A DNA stretch of 64,000 nt from Eledone cirrhosa (GCA_964016885.1 OZ024743.1:137578001-137642000); one strand, 5' to 3'; numbered from the stretch's first letter, positions 37,001 through 49,754 are shown. Notes: generated by a model not told the origin, from the letters alone. Numbers and translations: made by a program.

Positions 37001-38427
37001 GTTTGGTGCTTGGTACTTGGTGTTTGGTGCTTGGTGTTTGGTGTTTGCTGTTTGGTGTTTGGTGTTTGCTGTTTGATGTTTGGTGTCTGCTTTTTGGTGT
37101 TTGGTGTTTGCTGTATGGTGTTTGCTGTTTCGTGTATGGTGTTTGCTGTTTGGTGTTTGGTGTTTGCTGTTTGGTGTTTGGTCTTTGGTGCTTGGTGTTT
37201 GGTGCTTGGTGCTTGGTGTTTGGTGTTTGGTGCTTGGTGCTTGGTGCTTGGTGTTTGGTGCTTGGTGTCTGGTGCTTGGTGTCTGGTGCTTGGTGTTTGG
37301 TGTTTGGTGTTTGGTGCTTGGTGTTTGGTGTTTGGTGTTTGGTGTTTGGTGCTTGTTGCTTGGTGCTTGGTGCTTGGTGTTTGGTGCTTGGTGCTTGGTG
37401 TTTGGTGCTGGGTGCTTGGTGTTTGGTGCTTGGTGCTTGGTGCTTGGTGTTTGGTGTTTGGTGCTTGGTGCTTGGTGTTTGGTGTTTGGTGTTATATGCT
37501 TGGTGTTTGATGCATGGTGCTTGGTGCTTGGTGTTTGGTGTTTGGTGCTTGGTGTTTTATGCTTGGTGTTTGATGTTTGGTGCTTGGTGCTTGGTGTTTG
37601 GTGCTTGGTGCTTGGTGTTTCTACTTGGTGCTTGGTGCTTGGTTCTTGGTGTTTGGTGCTTGGTGCTTGGTGCTTGGTGCTTGGTGTTTGGTGCTTGGTG
37701 TTTGGTGCTTGGTGTTTGGTGCTTGGTGCCTGGTGCTTGGTGCTTGGTGCTTGGTGTTTGGTGCTTGGTGTTTGGTGCTTGGTATTAGGTGTTTGGTGCT
37801 TGGTGCTTGGTGTTTGGTGTTTGGTGCTTGGTGTTTGGTGCTTGGTGTTTGGTGTTTGGTGCTTGGTGTTTGGTGCTTGGTACTTGGTGCTTGGTGCTTG
37901 GTGTTAGGTGTTTGGTGCTTGGTGCTTGGTGTTTGGTTTTTGGTGCTTGGTGCTTGGTGTTTGGTGTTTGGTGCTTGCTGCTGGCTGCTTGGTGTTTGGT
38001 GCTTGGTGATTGGTGCTTGGTGTTTGGTGCTTGGTGTTTGGTGTTTGGTACTAGGTGCTTGGTGCTTGGTGTTTGGTGCTTGGTGCTTGGTGTTTGGTGC
38101 TTGGTGTTTGGTGTTTGGTGCTTGGTGTTTGGTGCTTGGTACTTGGTGCTTGGTGCTTGGTGTTAGGTGTTTGGTGCTTGGTGCTTGGTGTTTTGTTTTT
38201 GGTGCTTGGTGCTTGGTGTTTGGTGTTTGGTGCTTGCTGCTGGCTGCTTGGTGTTTGGTGCTTGGTGATTGGTGCTTGGTGTTTGGTGCTTGGTGTTTGG
38301 TGTTTGGTACTAGGTGCTTGGTGCTTGGTGTTTGGTGCTTGGTGCTTGGTGTTTGGTGATTGGTGATTGGTGCTTGGTGTTTGGTGCTTGGTGCTGGGTT
38401 CTGGGTGGTTGGTGTTTGGTGCTTGGT
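34015..38427 (+). repeat. Tandem higher-order duplication, period 2,197 bp
   Basis: ORF pairs 34162/36359, 34806/37003, 35380/37577, 35858/38055 and 36117/38314. GGTATTAGG at 34031 and 36228. 2,197 = 313x7+6. A few point differences are visible (e.g. GGCGATT at ~36067, CGTGTAT at ~37131, TGCATGG at ~37511). Confidence 0.9.
35620..36160 (+). repeat. Local 259-bp (37-monomer) duplication nested in the 2,197-bp unit; also at ~37820-38355 and ~46820-47360
   Basis: The series TTAGG…GCTGCTGGCTGC…GTACTAGG occurs twice. Stop pairs 35710/35969, 37907/38166 and 46910/47169 are all offset by 259. Confidence 0.85.
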
Positions 38428-41400
38428 GTTTGGTGCTGGGTGCTTGGTGTTTGGTGCTTGGTGCTTGGTCTTTGGTGTTTGGTGTTTGGTGTTTGGGGCT
38501 TGGTGCTTGGTGCTTGGTGTTTGGTGCTTGGTGCTTCGTGTTTGGTGCTTGGTGCTTAGTGTTTGGTGCTAGGTGCTTGGGGTTTGGTGTTTGGTGCTTG
38601 GTGCTTGGTGTTTGGTGCTTGGTGCTTGGTGTTTGGTGTTTGGTGCTTGGTGCTTGGTGTTTGGTGTTTCCTGTTTGCTGTTTGGTGTTTGGTGTTTGGT
38701 GTTTGCTGTTTGGTGTCTGCTTTTTGGTGCTTGGTGCTTGGTGCTTGGTCTTTGGTGCTTGGTGTTTGGTGTTTGGTGCTTGGTGCTTTGTGTTTGGTGC
38801 TTGGTGATTAGTGTTTGGTGCTTGGTACTTGGTGTTTGGTGCTTGGTGTTTGGTGTTTGCTGTATGGTGTTTGCTGTTTCGTGTTTGGTGTTTGCTGTTT
38901 GGTGTTTGGTGTTTGCTGTTTGGTGTTTGGTCTTTGGTGCTTGGTGTTTGGTGCTTGGTGCTTGGTGTTTGGTGTTTGGTGCTTGGTGCTTGGTGCTTGG
39001 TGTTTGGTGCTTGGTGTCTGGTGCTTGGTGTCTGGTGCTTGGTGTTTGGTGTTTGGTGTTTGGTGCTTGGTGTTTGGTGTTTGGTGTTTGTTGCTTGTTG
39101 CTTGGTGCTTGGTGCTTGGTGTTTGGTGCTTGGTGCTTGGTGTTTGGTGCTGGGTGCTTGGTGTTTGGTGCTTGGTGCTTGGTGCTTGGTGTTTGGTGTT
39201 TGGTGCTTGGTGCTTGGTGTTTGGTGTTTGGTGTTATATGCTTGGTGTTTGATGCTTGGTGCTTGGTGCTTGGTGTTTGGTGTTTGGTGCTTGGTGTTTT
39301 ATGCTTGGTGTTTGATGTTTGGTGCTTGGTGCTTGGTGTTTCTACTTGGTGCTTGGTGCTTGGTTCTTGGTGTTTGGTGCTTGGTGCTTGGTGCTTGGTG
39401 CTTGGTGTTTGGTGCTTGGTGTTTGGTGCTTAGTGTTTGGTGCTTGGTGCCTGGTGCTTGGTGCTTGGTGCTTGGTGTTTGGTGCTTGGTGTTTGGTGCT
39501 TGGTATTAGGTGTTTGGTGCTTGGTGCTTGGTGTTTGGTGTTTGGTGCTTGGTGTTTGGTGCTTGGTGTTTGGTGTTTGGTGCTTGGTGTTTTATGCTTG
39601 GTACTTGGTGCTTGGTGCTTGGTGTTCGGTGTTTGGTGCTTGGTGCTTGGTGTTTGGTTTTTGGTGCTTGGTGCTTGGTGTTTGGTGTTTGGTGCTTGTT
39701 GCTGGCTGCTTGGTGTTTGGTGCTTGGTGATTGGTGCTTGGTGTTTGGTGCTTGGTGTTTGGTGTTTGGTACTAGGTGCTTGGTGCTTGGTGTTTGGTGC
39801 TTGGTGCTTGGTGTTTGGTGTTTGGTGATTGGTGCTTGGTGTTTGGTGCTTGGTGCTGGGTTCTGGGTGGTTGGTGTTTGGTGCTTGGTGTTTGGTGCTG
39901 GGTGCTTGGTGTTTGGTGCTTGGTGCTTGGTCTTTGGTGTTTGGTGTTTGGTGTTTGGGGCTTGGTGCTTGGTGCTTGGTGTTTGGTGCTTGGTGCTTGG
40001 TGTTTGGTGCTTGGTGCTTAGTGTTTGGTGCTAGGTGCTTGGGGTTTGGTGTTTGGTGCTTGGTGCTTGGTGTTTGGTGCTTGGTGCTTGGTGTTTGGTG
40101 TTTGGTGCTTGGTGCTTGGTGTTTGGTGTTTCCTGTTTGCTGTTTGGTGTTTGGTGTTTGGTGTTTGCTGTTTGGTGTCTGGTTTTTGGTGTTTGGTGTT
40201 TGCTGTATGTTATTTGCTGTTTGGTGTTTGGTGTTTGGCGTTTGGTGCTTGGTGCTTGGTGTTTGGTGCTTGGTGCTTGGTATTTGGTGCCTGGTGCTTG
40301 GGGCTTGGTGTTTGGTGTTTGGTGCTTGGTGCTTGGAGTTTGGTGTTTGGTGCTTGGTGCTTGGTGTTTTGTGTTTGGTGTTTGGTTTTTGGTGCTTGGT
40401 GCTTGGTGCTTGGTGCTTGGTCCTTGGTGTTTGGTGCTTGGTGCTTGGTGTTTGTACTTGGTGCTTGGTGCTTGGTGTTTGGTTCTTGGTTCTTGGTGTT
40501 TGGTACTTGGTGCTTGGTGCTTGGTGTTTGGTGCTTGGTGCTTGGTGTTTGGTGTTTGGTGTTTGGTGCTTGGTGCTTGGTGTTTGGTGCTTGGTGCTTG
40601 GTGCTGAGTGGTTGGTATTTGGTGCTTGGTGCTTGGTGTTTGGTGCTTGGTGCTTGGTGCTTGGTGTTTGGTGCTTGGTGCTTGGTGCTTGGTCTTTGGT
40701 GCTTGGTGTTTGGTGTTTGGTGCTTGGTGCTTTGTGTTTGGTGCTTGGTGATTAGTGTTTGGTGCTTGGTACTTGGTGTTTGGTGCTTGGTGTTTGGTGT
40801 TTGCTGTTTGGTGTTTGGTGTTTGGTGTTTGCTGTTTGGTGTCTGCTTTTTGGTGTTTGGTGTTTGCTGTATGGTGTTTGGTGTTTGCTGTTTGGTGTTT
40901 GGTCTTTGGTGCTTGGTGTTTGGTGCTTGGTGCTTGGTGTTTGGTGTTTGGTGCTTGGTGTTTGGTGTTTGGTGCTTGGTGCTTGGTGCTTGGTGTTTGG
41001 TGCTTGGTGTCTGGTGCTTGGTGTCTGGTGCTTGGTGTTTGGTGTTTGGTGTTTGGTGCTTGGTGTTTGGTGTTTGGTGTTTGGTGTTTGGTGCTTGTTG
41101 CTTGGTGCTTGGTGCTTGGTGTTTGGTGCTGGGTGCTTGGTGTTTGGTGCTTGGTGCTTGGTGTTTGGTGTTTGGTGCTTGGTGCTTGGTGTTTGGTGTT
41201 TGGTGTTATATGCTTGGTGTTTGGTGCTTGGTGCTTGGTGTTTGGTGTTTGGTTCTTGATGCTTGGTATTTGGTGCTTGGTGCTTGCTGCTTGGTGTTTG
41301 GTGCTTGGTGATTGATGCTTGGTGTTTGGTGCTTGGTGCTTGGTGTTTGGTTTTTGGTGCTAGGTGCTTGGTGCTTGGTGTTTGGTGCTTGGTGTTTGGT

Positions 41401-44400
41401 GTTTGGTGCTTGGTGCTTGGTGTTTGGTACTTGGTGCTTGGTGCTTGGTGTTTGGTGCTTGGTGCTTGGTGTTTGGTGTTTGGTGTTTGGTGCTTGGTGC
41501 TTGGTGTTTGGTGCTTGGTGCTGGGTGGTTGGTGTTTGGTGCTTGGTGCTTGGTGTTTTGTGCTAGGTGCATGGTGCCTGGTGTTTGGTGCTTGGTGCTT
41601 GGTGCTTGGTCTTTGGTGTTTGGTGTTTAGTGCTTGGTGCTTGGTGCTTGGTGCTTGGTGCTTGGTGCTTGGTCCTTGGTGTTTGGTGTTTGGTGCTTGG
41701 TGCTTGGTCCTTGGTGTTTGGTGCTTGGTGCTTGGTGTTTGGTGTTTGGTGCTTGGTGTCAGGAGCTTGGTGTTTGGTGTTTGGTGCTTGGTGTTTGGTG
41801 TTTGGTGCTTGGTGCTTGGTGTTTGGTGCTTGGTGCTTGGTGCTTGGTGTTTGGTGCTTGGTGCTTGGTGCTTGGTCTTTGGTGCTTGGTGTTTGGTGTT
41901 TGGTGCTTGGTGCTTTGTGTTTGGTGCTTGGTGATTAGTGTTTGGTGCTTGGTACTTGGTGTTTGGTGCTTGGTGTTTGGTGTTTGCTGTTTGGTGTTTG
42001 GTGTTTGTTGTTTGATGTTTGGTGTCTGCTTTTTGGTGTTTGGTGTTTGCTGTATGGTGTTTGCTGTTTCGTGTTTGGTGTTTGCTGTTTGGTGTTTGGT
42101 GTTTGCTGTTTGGTGTTTGGTCTTTGGTGCTTGGTGTTTGGTGCTTGGTCTTTGGTGCTTGGTGTTTGGTGCTTGGTGCTTGGTGTTTGGTGCTTGGTGC
42201 CTGGTGCTTGTTGTTTGGTGATTGGTGCTTGGTGTTTGGTGTTTGGTGTTTGGTGCTTGGTGTTTGGTGTTTGGTGTTTGGTGTTTGGTGCTTGTTGCTT
42301 GGTGCTTGGTGTTTGGTGCTTGGTGCTTGGTGTTTGGTGCTGGGTGCTTGGTGTTTGGTGCCTGGTGCTTGGTGCTTGGTGTTTGGTGTTTGGTGCTTGG
42401 TGCTTGGTGTTTGGTGTTTGGTGTTATATGCTTGGTGTTTGATGCTTGGTGCTTGGTGCTTGGTGTTTGGTGTTTGGTGCTTGGTGTTTTATGCTTGGTG
42501 TTTGATGTTTGGTGCTTGGTGCTTGGTGTTTGGTTCTTGGTGCTTGGTGTTTCTACTTGGTGCTTGGTGCTTGGTTCTTGGTGTTTGGTGCTTGGTGCTT
42601 GGTGCTTGGTGCTTGGTGTTTGGTGCTTGGTGTTTGGTGCTTGGTGTTTGGTGCTTGGTGCCTGGTGCTTGGTGCTTGGTGCTTGGTGTTTGGTGCTTGG
42701 TGTTTGGTGCTTGGTATTAGGTGTTTGGTGCTTGGTGCTTGGTGTTTGGTGTTTGGTGCTTGGTGCTTGGTGTTTGGTGTTTGGTGTTATATGCTTGGTG
42801 TTTGGTGCTTGGTGCTTGGTGTTTGGTGTTTGGTTCTTGATGCTTGGTATTTGGTGCTTGGTGCTTGCTGCTTGGTGTTTGGTGCTTGGTGATTGATGCT
42901 TGGTGTTTGGTGCTTGGTGCTTGGTGTTTGGTTTTTGGTGCTAGGTGCTTGGTGCTTGGTGTTTGGTGCTTGGTGTTTGGTGTTTGGTGCTTGGTGCTTG
43001 GTGTTTGGTACTTGGTGCTTGGTGCTTGGTGTTTGGTGCTTGGTGCTTGGTGTTTGGTGTTTGGTGTTTGGTGCTTGGTGCTTGGTGGTTGGTGCTTGGT
43101 GCTGGGTGGTTGGTGTTTGGTGCTTGGTGCTTGGTGTTTTGTGCTAGGTGCATGGTGCCTGGTGTTTGGTGCTTGGTGCTTGGTGCTTGGTCTTTGGTGT
43201 TTGGTGTTTAGTGCTTGGTGCTTGGTGCTTGATGCTTGGTGCTTGGTGCTTGGTCCTTGGTGTTTGGTGCTTGGTGCTTGGTGTTTGGTGTTTGGTGCTT
43301 GGTGTCTGGAGCTTGGTGTTTGGTGTTTGGTGCTTGGTGTTTGGTGTTTGGTGCTTGGTGCTTGGTGCTTGGTGCTTGGTGCTTGGTGCTTGGTGTTTGG
43401 TGCTTGGTGCTTGGTGCTTGGTCTTTGGTGCTTGGTGTTTGGTGTTTGGTGCTTGGTGCTTTGTGTTTGGTGCTTGGTGATTAGTGTTTGGTGCTTGGTA
43501 CTTGGTGTTTGTTGCTTGGTGTTTGGTGTTTGCTGTTTGGTGTTTGGTGTTTGCTGTTTGATGTTTGGTGTCTGCTTTTTGGTGTTTGGTGTTTGCTGTA
43601 TGGTGTTTGCTGTTTCGTGTTTGGTGTTTGCTGTTTGGTGTTTGGTGTTTGCTGTTTGGTGTTTGGTCTTTGGTGCTTGGTGTTTGGTGCTTGGTGCTTG
43701 GTGTTTGGTATTTGGTGCTTGGTGCTTGGTGCTTGGTGTTTGGTGCTTGGTGTCTGGTGCTTGGTGTCTGGTGCTTGGTGTTTGGTGTTTGGTGTTTGGT
43801 GCTTGGTGTTTGGTGTTTGGTGTTTGGTGTTTGGTGCTTGTTGCTTGGTGCTTGGTGCTTGGTGTTTGGTGCTTGGTGCTTGGTGTTTGGTGCTGGGTGC
43901 TTGGTGGTTGGTGCTAGGTGCTTGGTGCTTGGTGTTTGGTGCTTGGTGTTTGGTGTTTGGTGCTTGGTGCTTGGTGTTTGGTACTTGGTGCTTGGTGCTT
44001 GGTGTTTGGTGCTTGGTGCTTGGTGTTTGGTGTTTGGTGTTTGGTGCTTGGTGCTTGGTGGTTGGTGCTTGGTGCTGGGTGGTTGGTATTTGGTGCTTGG
44101 TGCTTGGTGTTTTGTGCTAGGTGCATGGTGCCTGGTGTTTGGTGCTTGGTGCTTGGTGCTTGGTCTTTGGTGTTTGGTGTTTAGTGCTTGGTGCTTGGTG
44201 CTTGGTGCTTGGTGCTTGGTCCTTGGTGTTTGGTGCTTGGTGCTTGGTGTTTGGTGTTTGGTGCTTGGTGTCTGGAGCTTGGTGTTTGGTGTTTGGTGCT
44301 TGGTGTTTGGTGTTTGGTGCTTGGTGCTTGGTGTTTGGTGCTTGGTGCTTGGTGCTTGGTGTTTGGTGCTTGGTGCTTGGTGCTTGGTCTTTGGTGCTTG

Positions 44401-47400
44401 GTGTTTGGTGTTTGGTGCTTGGTGCTTTGTGTTTGGTGCTTGGTGATTAGTGTTTGGTGCTTGGTACTTGGTGTTTGGTGCTTGGTGTTTGGTGTTTGCT
44501 GTTTGGTGTTTGGTGTTTGCTGTTTGATGTTTGGTGTCTGCTTTTTGGTGTTTGGTGTTTGCTGTATGGTGTTTGCTGTTTCGTGTTTGGTGTTTGCTGT
44601 TTGGTGTTTGGTGTTTGCTGTTTGGTGTTTGGTCTTTGGAGCTTGGTGTTTGGTGCTTGGTGCTTGGTGTTTGGTGTTTGGTGCTTGGTGCTTGGTGCTT
44701 GGTGTTTGGTGCTTGGTGTCTGGTGCTTGGTGTCTGGTGCTTGGTGTTTGGTGTTTGGTGTTTGGTGCTTGGTGTTTGGTGTTTGGTGTTTGGTGTTTGG
44801 TGCTTGTTGCTTGGTGCTTGGTGCTTGGTGTTTGGTGCTTGGTGCTTGGTGTTTGGTGCTGGGTGCTTGGTGTTTGGTGCCTGGTGCTTGGTGCTTGGTG
44901 TTTGGTGTTTGGTGCTTGGTGCTTGGTGTTTGGTGTTTGGTGTTATATGCTTTGTGTTTGATGCTTGGTGCTTGGTGCTTGGTGTTTGGTGTTTGGTGCT
45001 TGGTGTTTTATGCTTGGTGTTTGATGTTTGGTGCTTGGTGCTTGGTGTTTGGTTCTTGGTGCTTAGTGTTTCTACTTGGTGCTTGGTGCTTGGTTCTTGG
45101 TGTTTGGTGCTTGGTGCTTGGTGCTTGGTGCTTGGTGTTTGGTGCTTGGTGTTTGGTGCTTGGTGTTTGGTGCTTGGTGCCTGGTGCTTGGTGCTTGGTG
45201 CTGGTGTTTGGTGCTTGGTGTTTGGTGCTTGGTATTAGGTGTTTGGTGCTTGGTGCTTGGTGTTTGGTGTTTGGTGCTTGGTGCTTGGTGTTTGGTGTTT
45301 GGTGTTATATGCTTGGTGTTTGGTGCTTGGTGCTTGGTGTTTGGTGTTTGGTTCTTGATGCTTGGTATTTGGTGCTTGGTGCTTGCTGCTTGGTGTTTGG
45401 TGCTTGGTGATTGATGCTTGGTGTTTGGTGCTTGGTGCTTGGTGTTTGGTTTTTGGTGCTAGGTGCTTGGTGCTTGGTGTTTGGTGCTTGGTGTTTGGTG
45501 TTTGGTGCTTGGTGCTTGGTGTTTGGTACTTGGTGCTTGGTGCTTGGTGTTTGGTGCTTGGTGCTTGGTGTTTGGTGTTTGGTGTTTGGTGCTTGGTGCT
45601 TGGTGTTTGGTGCTTGGTGCTGGGTGGTTGGTGTTTGGTGCTTGGTGCTTGGTGTTTTGTGCTAGGTGCATGGTGCCTGGTGTTTGGTGCTTGGTGCTTG
45701 GTGCTTGGTCTTTGGTGTTTGGTGTTTAGTGCTTGGTGCTTGGTGCTTGATGCTTGGTGCTTGGTGCTTGGTCCTTGGTGTTTGGTGCTTGGTGCTTGGT
45801 GTTTGGTGTTTGGTGCTTGGTGTCTGGAGCTTGGTGTTTGGTGTTTGGTGCTTGGTGTTTGGTGTTTGGTGCTTGGTGCTTGGTGTTTGGTGCTTGGTGC
45901 TTGGTGCTTGGTGTTTGGTGCTTGGTGCTTGGTGCTTGGTCTTTGGTGCTTGGTGTTTGGTGTTTGGTGCTTGGTGCTTTGTGTTTGGTGCTTGGTGATT
46001 AGTGTTTGGTGCTTGGTACTTGGTGTTTGGTGCTTGGTGTTTGGTGTTTGCTGTTTGGTGTTTGGTGTTTGCTGTTTGATGTTTGGTGTCTGCTTTTTGG
46101 TGTTTGGTGTTTGCTGTATGGTGTTTGCTGTTTCGTGTTTGGTGTTTGCTGTTTGGTGTTTGGTGTTTGCTGTTTGGTGTTTGGTCTTTGGTGCTTGGTG
46201 TTTGGTGCTTGGTGCTTGGTGTTTGGTGTTTGGTGCTTGGTGCTTGGTGCTTGGTGTTTGGTGCTTGGTGTCTGGTGCTTGGTGTCTGGTGCTTGGTGTT
46301 TGGTGTTTGGTGTTTGGTGCTTGGTGTTTGGTGTTTGGTGTTTGGTGTTTGGTGCTTGTTGCTTGGTGCTTGGTGCTTGGTGTTTGGTGCTTGGTGCTTG
46401 GTGTTTGGTGCTGGGTGCTGGGTGTTTGGTGCTTGGTGCTTGGTGCTTGGTGTTTGGTGTTTGGTGCTTGGTGCTTGGTGTTTGGTGTTTGGTGTTATAT
46501 GCTTGGTGTTTGATGCTTGGTGCTTGGTGCTTGGTGTTTGGTGTTTGGTGCTTGGTGTTTTATGCTTGGTGTTTGATGTTTGGTGCTTGGTGCTTGGTGT
46601 TTGGTGCTTGGTGCTTGGTGTTTCTACTTGGTGCTTGGTGCTTGGTTCTTGGTGTTTGGTGCTTGGTGCTTGGTGCTTGGTGCTTGGTGTTTGGTGCTTG
46701 GTGTTTGGTGCTTGGTGTTTGGTGCTTGGTGCCTGGTGCTTGGTGCTTGGTGCTTGGTGTTTGGTGCTTGGTGTTTGGTGCTTGGTATTAGGTGTTTGGT
46801 GCTTGGTGCTTGGTGTTTGGTGTTTGGTGCTTGGTGTTTGGTGCTTGGTGTTTGGTGTTTGGTGCTTGGTGTTTGGTGCTTGGTACTTGGTGCTTGGTGC
46901 TTGGTGTTAGGTGTTTGGTGCTTGGTGCTTGGTGTTTGGTTTTTGGTGCTTGGTGCTTGGTGTTTGGTGTTTGGTGCTTGCTGCTGGCTGCTTGGTGTTT
47001 GGTGCTTGGTGATTGGTGCTTGGTGTTTGGTGCTTGGTGTTTGGTGTTTGGTACTAGGTGCTTGGTGCTTGGTGTTTGGTGCTTGGTGCTTGGTGTTTGG
47101 TGCTTGGTGTTTGGTGTTTGGTGCTTGGTGTTTGGTGCTTGGTACTTGGTGCTTGGTGCTTGGTGTTAGGTGTTTGGTGCTTGGTGCTTGGTGTTTTGTT
47201 TTTGGTGCTTGGTGCTTGGTGTTTGGTGTTTGGTGCTTGCTGCTGGCTGCTTGGTGTTTGGTGCTTGGTGATTGGTGCTTGGTGTTTGGTGCTTGGTGTT
47301 TGGTGTTTGGTACTAGGTGCTTGGTGCTTGGTGTTTGGTGCTTGGTGCTTGGTGTTTGGTGTTTGGTGATTGGTGCTTGGTGTTTGGTGCTTGGTGCTGG

Positions 47401-49754
47401 GTTCTGGGTGGTTGGTGTTTGGTGCTTGGTGTTTGGTGCTGGGTGCTTGGTGTTTGGTGCTTGGTGCTTGGTCTTTGGTGTTTGGTGTTTGGTGTTTGGG
47501 GCTTGGTGCTTGGTGCTTGGTGTTTGGTTCTTGGTGCTTCGTGTTTGGTGCTTGGTGCTTAGTGTTTGGTGCTAGGTGCTTGGGGTTTGGTGTTTGGTGC
47601 TTGGTGCTTGGTGTTTGGTGCTTGGTGCTTGGTGTTTGGTGTTTGGTGCTTGGTGCTTGGTGTTTGGTGTTTCCTGTTTGCTGTTTGGAGTTTGGTGTTT
47701 GGTGTCTGCTTTTTGGTGCTTGGTGCTTGGTGCTTAGTCTTTGGTGCTTGGTGTTTGGTGTTTGGTGCTTGGTGCTTTGTGTTTGGTGCTTGGTGATTAG
47801 TGTTTGGTGCTTGGTACTTGGTGTTTGGTGCTTGGTGTTTGGTGTTTGCTGTTTGGTGTTTGGTGTTTGCTGTTTGCTGTTTGGTGTCTGCTTTTTGGTG
47901 TTTGGTGTTTGCTGTATGGTGTTTGCTGTTTCGTGTTTGGTGTTTGCTGTTTGGTGTTTGGTGTTTGCTGTTTGGTGTTTGGTCTTTGGTGCTTGGTGTT
48001 TGGTGCTTGGTGCTTGGTGTTTGGTGTTTGGTGCTTGGTGCTTGGTGCTTGGTGTTTGGTGCTTGGTGTCTGGTGCTTGGTGTCTGGTGCTTGGTGTTTG
48101 GTGTTTGGTGTTTGGTGCTTGGTGTTTGGTGTTTGGTGTTTGGTGTTTGGTGCTTGTTGCTTGGTGCTTGGTGCTTGGTGTTTGGTGCTTGGTGCTTGGT
48201 GCTTGGTGCTTGGTGCTTGGTGTTAGGTGTTAGGTGTTTGGTGATTGGTGCTTGGTGTTTGGTGCTTGGTGCTTGATGTTTGGTGCTTGGTGCTTGGTGT
48301 TTGGTGCTTGGTGTTTGGTGCTTGGTACTTGGGGCTTAGTGTTTGGTGCTTGGTGCTTGGTGTTTGGTGCTTGGTGTTTGGTGTTTGGTGCTTGGTGTTT
48401 GGTGCTTGGTGCTTGGTGCTGGGTGGTTGGTGTTTGGTGCTTGGTGCTTGGTGTTTGGTGCTTGGTGCTTGGTGTTTGGTGCTTGGCGCTTGGTCTTTGG
48501 TGCTTGGTGTTTGCTGTTTGGTGTTTGGTGTTTGGTGTTTGCTGTTTGGTGTTTGGTGCTTGGTGCTTGGTGCTTGGTGTTTGGTGCTTGGTGCTTGGTG
48601 TTTGGTGCTTGGTGCTTGGTGTTTGGTGCTTGGTGCCTGGTGCTTGTTGTTTGGTGATTGGTGCTTGGTGTTTGCTGTTTGGTGTTTGGTGTTTGGTGTT
48701 TGCTGTTTGGTGTTTGGTGCTGGGTGCTTGGTGTTTGGTGTTTGATGCTTGGTGTTTGATGCTTGGTGCTTGGTGCTTGGTGTTTGGTGTTTGCTGTTTG
48801 CTGTTTGGTGTTTGGTGCTTGGTGCTTGGTGCTTGGTGTTTGGTGCTTGGTGATTGGTGCTTGGTGCTTGATGGTTGGTGTTTGTACTTGGTGCTTGGTG
48901 CTTGGTGTTTTGTGCTTGATTCTTGGTGTTTGGTGCTAGGTGTTTGCTGCTTAGTGCTTGGTGTTTGGTGTTTGGTGCTTGGTGTTTGGTGCTTGGTGCT
49001 TGGTGCTTGGTGTTAGGTATTTCGTGCTTGGTGTTTGGTGTTTGGTGCTTCATGCTTGGTGCTTGGTGTTTGGTGCTTGGTGCTTGGTGTTTGGTGCTTG
49101 GTGCCTGGTGCATGGTGTTTGGTGCTTGATGCTTGGTGTTTGGTGTTTGGTGCTTGGTGTTTGGTGCTTGGTGCTTGGTGCTTGGTGTTAGGTGTTAGGT
49201 GTTTGATGCTTGGTGTTTGCTGTTTGGTGTTTGTTGTTTGCTGTTTGGTGTTTGGTCTTTGGTGCTTGGTCTTTGGTGCTTGGTGTTTGGTGGTTGGTGC
49301 TTGGTGTTTGGTGTTTGGTGCTTGGTGCCTGGTGCTTGTTGTTTGGTGTTTGGTGTTTGGTGTTTGCTGTTTTGTGTTCGGTGCTTGGTGCTTGGTGCTT
49401 GGTGTTTGGTGCTTGGTGCTTGGTGTTTGGTGCTTGGTGCTTGATGCTTGGTGTTTGTACTTGGTGCTTGGTGCTTGGTGTTTTGTGCTTGATTCTTGGT
49501 GTTTGGTGCTTGGTGCTTGGTGCTTAGTGCTTGGTGTTTGGTGTTTGGTGCTTGGTGTTTGGTGCTTGGTGCTTGGTGCTTGGTGTTAGGTGTTTGGTGA
49601 TTGGTGTTTGGTGTTTGGTGCTTCATGCTTGGTGCTTGGTGTTTGGTGCTTGGTGCTTGGTGTTTGGTGCTTGGTGCCTGGTGCATGGTGTTTGGTGCTT
49701 GATGCTTGGTGTTTGGTGTTTGGTGCTTGGTGTTTGGTGCTTGGTGCTTGGTGT

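Larger units (their letters stand above)
31540..47790 (+). repeat. Long-range imperfect duplication, offset ~11.2 kb (~31.5-36.2 kb vs ~42.7-47.4 kb)
   Basis: ORF offsets 11,166 (31678/42844), 11,201 (32920/44121, 33253/44454) and 11,200 (34162/45362, 34806/46006, 35592/46792). The segment 45.2-47.8 kb also matches 36.2-38.8 kb at offset 9,003. Confidence 0.8.
1..48220 (+). repeat. Satellite domain A, built from reshuffled higher-order modules anchored on a ~250-bp landmark cassette
   Basis: The motif GATTAGTG followed by TTGGTAC and a TTGCTGT-rich block (…GTCTGCTTTTT…GCTGTATGG…TTCGTG…, partly deleted in a few copies) occurs 36 times by my count. Approximate starts: 151, 1921, 4130, 5011, 5830, 8033, 9067, 11073, 11954, 12773, 14976, 16010, 16857, 18157, 19877, 20766, 21863, 22710, 23249, 24828, 26807, 28046, 28704, 29718, 30796, 32313, 33244, 34797, 36994, 38806, 40750, 41933, 43479, 44445, 45997, 47795. 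Confidence 0.9.

Noticed and set aside
151-47800. CRISPR-like layout of a conserved cassette with variable spacers
   Set aside because: The intervening sequence is the same satellite, 0.5-2.2 kb long and not unique. There is no palindromic 23-50 bp repeat, leader or cas gene.
48221-48240. TTAGG (arthropod telomere motif) occurrences, including doublets
   Set aside because: These are single T>A variants within the 7-bp register, never (TTAGG)n with a 5-bp period.
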